DNA of 16,702 nt from an uncultured archaeon (GCA_964508365.1 CAZDTP010000071.1:1-16702); one strand, 5' to 3'. Shown: positions 1 through 7,655, counted from the stretch's first letter. Numbers and translations are program-made. The notes: generated from the sequence alone by a model not told the origin.

Positions 1-74
1 TCGTTATCAATATCAACTATTTTTGCATCAAATTTAGTGTCATAAGGATTGTCCCAATATAATTTTTCTGTCAT
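1..74 (-). CDS. alaX: 5' end of probable alanyl-tRNA editing protein (AlaX / AlaRS N-terminal-like); runs off the left edge
   Basis: Manual translation from ATG at 74 (minus): MTEKLYWDNPYDTKFDAKIVDIDN, open to the window edge. Matches the typical AlaX start (MTxxLYxxDxYxxEFxAxV). Only 24 codons are visible and it is not in the ORF track. Confidence 0.7.
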   Translation of the reverse strand, partial: MTEKLYWDNPYDTKFDAKIVDIDN

Positions 75-97
75 ATTAGCTAATTTTTCCCAGATAA

Positions 98-430
98 TTA
101 AGATCGAAGAATTTTAATGATTTTTTCAATAACGTCTATAATCTTTTCCTCCTTTAACCTTCCTACTTTGTAGAGAATGATATTAGTATTTGCTGTGAAG
201 ATACGATTAGGTCTTATATTGCTTATTACTCTTAAGTGGCCTTCCCTAAAATCATCTGCTTCTAATAGAATACCATATTTGTCTGATATTTTTTGGCTAG
301 TTATCTGACATAAAATAATATCATTCCCTAATAATTCAGCAATGATTAAAGCTGGTCTTCTTTTTGATTTTGAAAGATCTGAAAAAGGAAATGGGAGTAC
401 TACTACATCTCCCTTCACAAATCTCGCCAT
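98..430 (-). CDS. mazF: Type II toxin, PemK/MazF family endoribonuclease
   Basis: KGDVVVLPFPFSD..SKRRPALII..N...ILCQITS: the PemK signature GD(V/I)..P......K.RP.(L/V)(I/V) plus the IT(S) motif; 110 aa; overlaps the upstream antitoxin by 16 nt. Confidence 0.9.
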   Translation of the reverse strand: MARFVKGDVVVLPFPFSDLSKSKRRPALIIAELLGNDIILCQITSQKISDKYGILLEADDFREGHLRVISNIRPNRIFTANTNIILYKVGRLKEEKIIDVIEKIIKILRS

Positions 431-609
431 GCTTCATCTTCCTCGGGTAATAACCAATCCTGCTTTAAAATTGATTCACTAGCTAATGCCGTTGCCATCT
501 TCTGTCTAAAAATTTTACTTTTGATAAAATTTATATAATCCAGTACATCATCCAAAAGATTTTCTGGAATATTTTCTAATTCAGCAAGAATTTCATCTTT
601 TTTTGACAT
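415..609 (-). CDS. Putative antitoxin, DUF2281-like
   Basis: 64 aa; N-terminal 'LENIPENLLDDVLDYINFIKSK' and acidic C-terminal 'SESILKQDWLLPEEDEAWRDL', typical of DUF2281 antitoxins; directly upstream of and overlapping the toxin. Confidence 0.8.
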   Translation of the reverse strand: MSKKDEILAELENIPENLLDDVLDYINFIKSKIFRQKMATALASESILKQDWLLPEEDEAWRDL

Positions 610-692
610 CGTTTTATCTAAATGAACTTGTTACTAAGATTTAATATGATGACCTAATCTAATAAATTTTCTCTCTTATAGAAGGGATTAAT

Positions 693-714
693 TCGTGAAA
701 GAATCCTTTCACGA
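693..714. repeat. Inverted repeat TCGTGAAAG-N4-CTTTCACGA, a possible TA operator or hairpin
   Basis: Perfect 9-bp arms at 693-701 and 706-714, 84-105 bp upstream of the antitoxin start; a TATATATA run at 720-727 lies just upstream on the minus strand. Confidence 0.6.
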
Positions 715-825
715 TGAATTATATATATCTTAGTAATATCTTATAGAATGATTTGTTGATTATTTTTATTTTGGAATCAAATTTTTAATTTTTTTCCTTA
801 AATTTCTAATAAACCGGATATTTTC

Positions 826-2106
826 TCAAGAAAAAATTACACTCAAATCCAAATTCATGGTATATTCCCTCAAATCTTTATCAAAAGTTAATTTAGCCTG
901 CTGAATTACAGTTGAGATTAGTTTATCATCAATCTTTAAAAAGTCACTATGTGTCAATGCAAACCAGTTAGGAATACCAAGTATGTATACATTCCACAAT
1001 CCGTTTTCATCTTCAATAGAACGCTTTAGACTTTCTCTGCAAATTAGCATCCAGAATAATAACAATTTATGTGATATTTTTACATCTTCTTTAACTGAAG
1101 CTCGACTAAAAGACCCAAATGCCAATATTATTAGAAAAGCAAGACCGTATTTTATTTGAATTCTACACGATTGCTTTAAGGTGGCATTTTTCAATTCTTC
1201 CCATTCCATTTTAGAAAATTTGAAATTGTTATAAGGAATTGATTCGAGGCTGGATTTTATTACATTATAATAGAATTCTTCTGAAAGATACGGTTTTGTA
1301 CCTATAAACTGAAAGATTCTTAAAGCACCAGCAATTCTCCAGTCAATCTCCTCAAAGGAATATAGAAATGCCTTTTGAATAGCTAGTTCTTTCTCAGGAA
1401 GCAATGAAAATATGTTCTTGAGTTTCCGATTTATTTCTTCATAATAAATTACATAGTGATCGAAAATCTGTGAATAGGAATAACCTAAAATGTCAATGAA
1501 AGTAAAGACTTCCAGTAAATCAACGAATAGGTTTAAATAAGTCTGATCAAAAACTAATGTACGAAGCGATGAATCATTCAGTAACGAGTAAACTCCATAA
1601 TATGTTGATTCTCCAGTGTAAATTGTAGCAAAAAGAATATGATATTGAATGACTTTCTCAATTAAGATTCTATCATTTCTGGCCAAATGGTATGGCGCAA
1701 GTAGGTTTTTTCCAGAAATTAGAATATAACTTTGGTGGGGATGGTCTCTTTTGCGCACAAACTTCCCAATATCGTGGTATATTAAGATTAAGGGAATTAA
1801 TATGTTGTTAAACTCTTGAATTCTTTTTATCTTATAAGATATTTTAATAATAGTCTTCTCTGAGAATCCCTCATAAGAAAAAGAATTACTTGATAATTTT
1901 AAAAAAATTTTAATTGTTCTAAAAATATGCTTGATAGTCCGAATAAATTCTTGTTTATCTCTTTTTGCCCCAGATTCGAAGATTTCTGACAAATTTGAAT
2001 AAGAGGAGAGGAAATCATTATAAATTAGTGAATTTTCAATCTCTTTTAATGAGTCTATTTTGCTTAAAGATGTATCAGAAAATATATTTTGTAGTGTTTT
2101 TATCAT
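826..2106 (-). CDS. HD-domain metal-dependent phosphohydrolase (GlnD/CCA-enzyme-like HD) with an unknown C-terminal region
   Basis: Complete HD ligand set: H60 (IKHIF), H111-D112 (YHDIGK), H122 (RDHP), H156 (IQYH), D205 (TFIDI). No nucleotidyltransferase domain is recognisable. Confidence 0.75.
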   Translation of the reverse strand: MIKTLQNIFSDTSLSKIDSLKEIENSLIYNDFLSSYSNLSEIFESGAKRDKQEFIRTIKHIFRTIKIFLKLSSNSFSYEGFSEKTIIKISYKIKRIQEFNNILIPLILIYHDIGKFVRKRDHPHQSYILISGKNLLAPYHLARNDRILIEKVIQYHILFATIYTGESTYYGVYSLLNDSSLRTLVFDQTYLNLFVDLLEVFTFIDILGYSYSQIFDHYVIYYEEINRKLKNIFSLLPEKELAIQKAFLYSFEEIDWRIAGALRIFQFIGTKPYLSEEFYYNVIKSSLESIPYNNFKFSKMEWEELKNATLKQSCRIQIKYGLAFLIILAFGSFSRASVKEDVKISHKLLLFWMLICRESLKRSIEDENGLWNVYILGIPNWFALTHSDFLKIDDKLISTVIQQAKLTFDKDLREYTMNLDLSVIFS

Positions 2107-2167
2107 AGCTATAATTAAAGAATTAATTGCTAAGTAATTAAAATTTGGAGATTTATTATTATGAATT

Positions 2168-2893
2168 TTAACCCATTTTCAATAATAATTTCTTAAATGG
2201 TTTTGGCAAAAAGAACCCAAAATAGAATGTAAATGAGCTCACAACTAAAAGTGATCTATAAATTAATAGGGTAATAATATCTAATTCTAAGAAAACATCT
2301 AATAGTGATCCTACTATAAGAAAAATAAAACCTATCAACATAAAGATCCCCTTTAACCTCATTTCCTGTTTTTCTAGTTTAAATGATTCCCATGCAAAGA
2401 GAGTGCCTGTAATTATTAGCAAAATCGCTATTTCGATTAAAAAGAATATTATAAACGATTTATAATTCGCATCTATAACTCCAATACTTTCAATTATTAT
2501 TGACGCATCAGTAAAAAGAAAATACATAGAGAAGATTTCAAAAAATATCATTTGGATTATAAACAATATTAAAAGTGGTTTTTGGAACTTCTTATACTTG
2601 AGATCTGTAAAAGCTATCATCCAAATTGTTATTCCCAAAGGTATCAAACTCATCGATATTATGAAGAATATTTCAATTGGGAGGGGTTGATTAGTAAATA
2701 TTAACATTAGGAATGAAAGAGATGGACCCCACCATCCTTCATACATTAATAACCAAGTTAATCCTGCGAATAATAATGCTCTTTCTTTATATTTAAAGTA
2801 TTTAAAGGTAAGTTTTATACCAATAACAATAGAAACGATTGAAACGATCAAACTAGTGGTACCATTAGTAACTAAAAGGGGATCGATTGCCAA
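2168..2893 (-). CDS. Seven-TM integral membrane protein (HisKA_7TM sensor-like), no output domain
   Basis: About 7 hydrophobic segments in 241 aa, ending GFFLPKPFKK; TTG start with GAGG about 10 nt upstream; no Lys in helix 7. Confidence 0.7.
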   Translation of the reverse strand: MAIDPLLVTNGTTSLIVSIVSIVIGIKLTFKYFKYKERALLFAGLTWLLMYEGWWGPSLSFLMLIFTNQPLPIEIFFIISMSLIPLGITIWMIAFTDLKYKKFQKPLLILFIIQMIFFEIFSMYFLFTDASIIIESIGVIDANYKSFIIFFLIEIAILLIITGTLFAWESFKLEKQEMRLKGIFMLIGFIFLIVGSLLDVFLELDIITLLIYRSLLVVSSFTFYFGFFLPKPFKKLLLKMG

Positions 2894-2955
2894 TATCTTA
2901 TTCCTCTATTTATTTTAATTAAGATTAATCCATATCATAATTATTTAAATTTATC

Positions 2956-3663
2956 TCATTCAAGAGCTTGAAAAAACTTACGGAATTCTTTTAATTCAGA
3001 ATCATATTCAATTATTTGTAACAAGGGAAAAAAAGTATTTAATACAAGATATGGTCTAACGGAATCTTTCTTTTCAATATTTTCTTTTCTAATAATTTCT
3101 TTTAATTCAGACTTATACATCTCATTCATTTCTATATATGCTTTATATCCATTCTCAGACAGAAACCAAAAATCATATTCTAAAGGTATTTTGAAGTGAG
3201 AATCTTGAAATTCGTTAAAACTCTTTGCTTGGGACTTTTTATTTTTATTGAAAATTGCCTCATAATATAAAATTACTTGCTCAAATAGTATTTTAATAAC
3301 TTTGAAAAATAGGATATCATTCGATATGGCTTCACTAAAGTGATTATTTTTCTTTCTTGTAATATTTTGCTGTTGTTCAATAGAAGACTTCTCAAGGAAT
3401 CCAGGAATTAATTCATAAAATTTTGCATCTATAGAGCCGCGCGCCTCTTTTCTAGTTGATTTTATAACGCCTAAAGTTTCTAATTTCTTTATATGATGAG
3501 TTATTGTAGATTTAGCTCTCCCTAATAATTCGCTCAACTTAGTTAAACTAATCTTTCTGAAGATAAGAATCGCTAAAATTATCCTAAGTCTAGTAATATT
3601 ATCCATCAATTTTAGAACTTCAATCCTTAATCTAAGATCGCTATTTGAGTTATCACTACTCAT
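2956..3663 (-). CDS. ArsR-like winged-helix transcriptional regulator with a C-terminal extension
   Basis: TRLRII...SLTKLSELLGRAKSTITHHIKKLETLGVI...KFYEL is an ArsR/HTH_20 pattern; about 140 additional C-terminal residues; divergent from the GRE operon. Confidence 0.85.
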   Translation of the reverse strand: MSSDNSNSDLRLRIEVLKLMDNITRLRIILAILIFRKISLTKLSELLGRAKSTITHHIKKLETLGVIKSTRKEARGSIDAKFYELIPGFLEKSSIEQQQNITRKKNNHFSEAISNDILFFKVIKILFEQVILYYEAIFNKNKKSQAKSFNEFQDSHFKIPLEYDFWFLSENGYKAYIEMNEMYKSELKEIIRKENIEKKDSVRPYLVLNTFFPLLQIIEYDSELKEFRKFFQALE

Positions 3664-3785
3664 TATTTTTGAGCTCTACTTCATGTGTAAATATTTTTTT
3701 CTAACACTATTTTTTAATAAGTATCTAATGTATTTTAATCTGTTCATATTAGAGAATTAACAAGAATGGTAAGGTTCTAGCAATT

Positions 3786-3797
3786 ATGTTCGAACAT
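3786..3797. promoter_or_regulatory. Palindromic operator candidate ATGTTCGAACAT
   Basis: Perfect 12-bp palindrome in the regulator/GRE divergent intergenic region; a second half-site, TCGAACATT, lies at 3818-3826. Confidence 0.55.
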
Positions 3798-3824
3798 TAT
3801 ATCCCTTTATAAGGAGATCGAACA

Positions 3825-3832
3825 TTTAAATA
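3825..3832 (+). promoter_or_regulatory. Archaeal TATA box candidate for the GRE operon
   Basis: TTTAAATA preceded by CGAACA (BRE-like position), about 70 bp upstream of ATG 3901. Confidence 0.4.
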
Positions 3833-3900
3833 AAAATGATGATTAAAATATTACAACAACAAATTTATTAAAAATTTTAAAAATGAGTAAATGATATAAA

Positions 3901-6387
3901 ATGAGTGATGTAAATAAAGAATCAGGACGAAAACCTAAGTTTCCTATTGCTCAGGCACATGATTTATTGCCTCGTTCAAAATGGTTGAGAGATTACTATT
4001 TTTCTGGTTTCAAGAGAAAATGGAATAATCAATTTATGTTTTTCACAACTGGAGTAGATTGGGATGTCATTTTGTATGAAGCAGAGTTTTATGTAGCCCC
4101 AGATATATTAGCTATGGTAGGAAATAAAGGTAAAGGTGCGTATTATTCTGCAGAATCGATGGCAGTAGAGGTAGATTTACCTGATAATTTCTGGGATTAT
4201 TCGCTTCCTGAAAGAAGGACATTATTCTTTGAAAAAGTAATTCTTGATTATGTACCTCAAGAAATAATTTCTGAAAATGATTTATTAGCTGGAGGTCGGT
4301 TTAGTACCATGTTAAGCAGGTGTTTAAATGAAAAAGAAGCGAAAAATTATTGGAAACAAGCATTTAAAAATCGCGATACCGTAAAAGAATTTCATTATAA
4401 TGGTTTTGGAAATACAGGAGCGTGTTCAGGACATATCATTTGTGATCTTGAGACCGTTATCAAAAAAGGATTTAAATTTATTCATAAAAATATTCAGGAT
4501 CGCTATAATCAGTTGACAGAAAAGGAGAAACAAGGAGAAAAAGGGGATCAACTCCGAGCTATGTTACGATCCGCAGAAATCCCAAAGAAAATTGCAAAGA
4601 AGTATGCTGATAAGTGTAGGATACTAAAGGAATCGGCATCAACCCAAACACGGTCAGAAGAACTCGAACAAATGGCAAAGAATTTAGAAAAAGTTCCTTG
4701 GGAACCTGCTGAAACATTTTGGCAAGGCGTTCAATCTATCTGGATGACTCATTTGCTTATTATGGCAGAAGAGTCTTATCCAGGGCCAGGTACTTCCTTT
4801 GGAAGGACTGATCAACACCTTTGGGAACTTTATAAAAAAGATGTAATTGATGAAAAAAACATTACTAAAGATTTTGCAAAGGAAATTCTTGGTAGTTTCT
4901 GGTTTCATTGTCACACCGCATATGATGCTCTGATGGTGATGGGTGAGAAACATGGTATTAATAGCTCATTCGGGCAATTAATTACATTATCAGGGTGTGG
5001 TCCTAATGGTGAAGATTTGACAAATGACTTAACTTATACAATTTTAGAGGTAGTCGATGAATGGTATCCTAGTTTGGAACCAAAACCTAATATAAGATTA
5101 CACAGAAACACTCCAGAAAAACTACTGGATGTAATTGTTGATATGATATCCCGTTCTCAGGGTGCTCCTTTTCTGCTTAATTTTGATGAGCGTTCAATGG
5201 CAGGTCTTGTTTTAGAAGGAGTGGCAGAAGATAAAGTGTGGGATTATGCATGTGTTGGATGTTTAGAGAACACAATGCAAGGTAACGATCGATCTGGAAC
5301 TGTTAATTGTAATCCTAATCTGACTAAAAGCATCGAATTAACATTTTGGAATGGTAAAAATATGCCAACGGATCTCCCAAATAAATCCGAAAAGCAATTA
5401 GGTCCAAAAACGGGAGAAGTAGATGAATTACTAACATGGGAAGATTTTTGGAATGCGTGGGTACAGCAAATTAAATTTCATATTAAATATCTGGTTGATG
5501 TGTATAATCCTCTAGAAAAATTAAGATCTGACTTTTTGCCAACTCCATTTGTTTCTACAGTTGTAAAAGGATGTGCTGAGAAAGCCTTAGATGTACGAAG
5601 AGGTGGTCCAGAACTCAGATTCATAACAATTGAGGGTGTCGGATTCGGCACAACAGTTGATTCATTACTTGCTATTAAGAAAAATGTATATGATGATAAG
5701 AAATATACTCTAGCACAAGTAAAGAATGCCATACTAAACAACTTCCAAGGAGATGATGAAATAATGCGAACTTTTTTGAAAAATAAATCTCCAAAATATG
5801 GTAATAATTCGGATATTCCTGATGAGCTAGGGAAATTAGTGATGAAAACATGGACAGATGAGTGTTGGAAATATAAAACTCCAAATGATTTTCAATACCG
5901 TCCAGGAATGCTTTCATGGAATTATTGGGCGGGACCTGACGCCTCTCTGACAGTGGCAACTCCAGATGGTAGAAATTATGGTACTTTCTTATCAAATGCT
6001 ATATGTCCTTCGACAGGAGTGGCTGACAGGGGTCCTACAGCTGTTACTAATTCCGTAGGAACTGCCCTAGGAGGTAAATCCGCCGATGGCGGTTATATAA
6101 ATTTCCTACCCAATGGTGCTAGTCATACAATTACTTTTAATCCAAGTATTTTAAAAGATAAGGAGCATCAGGACAAATTCAAGGCGTATTTACGCGGTTA
6201 TATCGAGAATGGTGGCACTGCTCTACAAGTTAATATGATTGACTCTGAAATGTTGTTAGATGCTCAAAAGCATCCAGAAAACTATAAAGAATTGCTAGTA
6301 CGTGTCACTGGATACAATGCTTACTTCACAACAATTGGAAAGGAGCTGCAAGATGAAATAATATCAAGAGAAATGCATAAAATATAG
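3901..6387 (+). CDS. Glycyl radical enzyme (PFL2-like / eliminase-type), substrate unknown
   Basis: C-terminal LLVRVTGY (Gly804, nt 6310-6312); Cys loop YACVGCLEN (Cys454, Glu456); GRTDQ, ATPDGR and LQVN GRE motifs; single-Cys CxE motif instead of the PFL CC pair. Confidence 0.95.
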   Translation: MSDVNKESGRKPKFPIAQAHDLLPRSKWLRDYYFSGFKRKWNNQFMFFTTGVDWDVILYEAEFYVAPDILAMVGNKGKGAYYSAESMAVEVDLPDNFWDYSLPERRTLFFEKVILDYVPQEIISENDLLAGGRFSTMLSRCLNEKEAKNYWKQAFKNRDTVKEFHYNGFGNTGACSGHIICDLETVIKKGFKFIHKNIQDRYNQLTEKEKQGEKGDQLRAMLRSAEIPKKIAKKYADKCRILKESASTQTRSEELEQMAKNLEKVPWEPAETFWQGVQSIWMTHLLIMAEESYPGPGTSFGRTDQHLWELYKKDVIDEKNITKDFAKEILGSFWFHCHTAYDALMVMGEKHGINSSFGQLITLSGCGPNGEDLTNDLTYTILEVVDEWYPSLEPKPNIRLHRNTPEKLLDVIVDMISRSQGAPFLLNFDERSMAGLVLEGVAEDKVWDYACVGCLENTMQGNDRSGTVNCNPNLTKSIELTFWNGKNMPTDLPNKSEKQLGPKTGEVDELLTWEDFWNAWVQQIKFHIKYLVDVYNPLEKLRSDFLPTPFVSTVVKGCAEKALDVRRGGPELRFITIEGVGFGTTVDSLLAIKKNVYDDKKYTLAQVKNAILNNFQGDDEIMRTFLKNKSPKYGNNSDIPDELGKLVMKTWTDECWKYKTPNDFQYRPGMLSWNYWAGPDASLTVATPDGRNYGTFLSNAICPSTGVADRGPTAVTNSVGTALGGKSADGGYINFLPNGASHTITFNPSILKDKEHQDKFKAYLRGYIENGGTALQVNMIDSEMLLDAQKHPENYKELLVRVTGYNAYFTTIGKELQDEIISREMHKI

Positions 6388-6399
6388 GAGGAAAATTAA

Positions 6400-7290
6400 A
6401 TGTCTGATAAAATATTTACAGAAAATTGGGATAAGGAATTAACAGATGAATGTTATGAACATGCTCAAATTCCTATGATGGTAAAACTAATGGGTACAAC
6501 TGATGAGAAAGGATGGCCTCATCTTACTTTTATTGCATCTAATAGAGCTAAATCAAAAAATCAACTTGTTTGGGGTCAATTTTTACATGGGAAATCTAAA
6601 CAATACATCCAAGATAATCCTAAACATAGCTATTTGTTCATGTCCATAGATTTGCCATTTAAAATGCTTCAAATGAAAGCGAATTTCACTCACGCACTTG
6701 ATGCAAGTGAGGATCTTGATAAAATGAATGCTGGAGATGATATGCGATATTCAACGACCATGAATTTCTTTAAAGCTTATTACAGCGATATTCTTTGTGC
6801 TTCCCATCTTCAAAAACTCTCAATTGTTAAATTACTTAAAAGTATTATCTTGAGTAAAATTGGGAAAGGGGGGCTCAAATCTAATAAGAACGCTGAGCCT
6901 CGTCTTGATAAATTTGGTCGTGTGATTTTTAATGGAGCTCTAAATCCAAAATTTATTGCATATTTAGATCCTAACGATGGTTTTCCAATAATAGTACCAT
7001 GCTTTCAAGCCTTTACGCATGATCACACAAAATTAGTATTTTCACCTTCCATGTTCAAAGAACAACTTATGATAATACCGAAAGATTCAAAAGTCGCTGT
7101 ATTTGGGATGACAATGGATTTTATAGCACAAGTAGTAAAAGGTACGTTTTCAGGATTTGAAAAACACCGAGGAGTCAATCTAGGGATAATAGAGATTGAG
7201 GAAGTATATAACTCGGCCCCTCCTTTACCTGGTTTAATTTATCCTGAATTAGAGATTTTGCCCGAAATTACTGAATTCGTAATGCCCTAA
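6400..7290 (+). CDS. Tandem pyridoxamine 5'-phosphate oxidase-like (FMN/F420 split-barrel) protein
   Basis: Domain 1: LMGTTDEKGWPHLTFI...GKSKQYIQDNPK. Domain 2: FIAYLDPNDGFPIIVP...DSKVAVF...IEIEEVY. GGAGG at 6387-6391; 12-nt gap after the GRE stop. Confidence 0.75.
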   Translation: MSDKIFTENWDKELTDECYEHAQIPMMVKLMGTTDEKGWPHLTFIASNRAKSKNQLVWGQFLHGKSKQYIQDNPKHSYLFMSIDLPFKMLQMKANFTHALDASEDLDKMNAGDDMRYSTTMNFFKAYYSDILCASHLQKLSIVKLLKSIILSKIGKGGLKSNKNAEPRLDKFGRVIFNGALNPKFIAYLDPNDGFPIIVPCFQAFTHDHTKLVFSPSMFKEQLMIIPKDSKVAVFGMTMDFIAQVVKGTFSGFEKHRGVNLGIIEIEEVYNSAPPLPGLIYPELEILPEITEFVMP

Positions 7291-7294
7291 ATCA

Positions 7295-7309
7295 TTTCTT
7301 TTTTTTTTT
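7295..7309 (+). terminator. Oligo-T terminator of the GRE operon
   Basis: TTTC followed by T11, starting a few nt after stop 7290. Confidence 0.55.
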
Positions 7310-7506
7310 CATTCTTTATATTTAAAATTTGAATTTAGCTGAAAAGGTACCTTTCCTTTTAAAATTGGATCATTCGTTTCTATCATCCAATCAAATAGGT
7401 TTTGTTTTAACTCAGTTGAAATGCTATTATAAGTGGGATTGTTTATCAAATTATTGACTTCATGGGGATTTTTTTCTAAATCGTAAGATTTTTCTTTTAC
7501 GATCAA
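7309..7506 (-). pseudogene. Orphan C-terminal fragment of a sulfatase paralog
   Basis: YDLEKNPHEVNNLINNP...WMIETNDPILKGK aligns with residues 377-422 of the sulfatase at 8135-9424 (26/46 identical, counted by hand). In-frame TAG a few codons upstream, no catalytic domain, TTG start only. Confidence 0.75.
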
Positions 7507-7551
7507 TTCGAGATAGGTCTATATTATCTAATTACATAATAACATATTATT

Positions 7552-7568
7552 TAACAAAAATTTTGTTA
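7552..7568. promoter_or_regulatory. Palindrome TAACAAAA-A-TTTTGTTA upstream of the 7656 gene
   Basis: 8-bp perfect arms with a 1-nt spacer, upstream of a TATA-like TTTTATAC at about 7587-7594. The sequence is AT-rich, so chance is possible. Confidence 0.35.
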
Positions 7569-7655
7569 TCAATTTTTAAAAATCTTTTTATACAAAAAAG
7601 ACAAAATTATATTAATCCAATTCTAAAAAAAATTACAGAAAAGTGAAAGAGGAAC

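Noticed and set aside
766-828. Selenocysteine read-through of the HD gene TGA with the 693-714 hairpin as SECIS
   Set aside because: Read-through adds only about 19 low-complexity residues before TAA, and the hairpin lacks a SECIS core.
2168-2893. 7TM protein as a rhodopsin or GPCR
   Set aside because: No retinal-binding Lys in helix 7 (Arg present instead) and no GPCR motifs.
4684-5995. Minus-strand ORFs 4684-4953, 5478-5741 and 5675-5995
   Set aside because: Antisense shadows inside the well-supported GRE gene; no motifs.
3901-6387. Calling the GRE pyruvate formate-lyase (pflB)
   Set aside because: It lacks the adjacent Cys-Cys pair and has GCLE instead.
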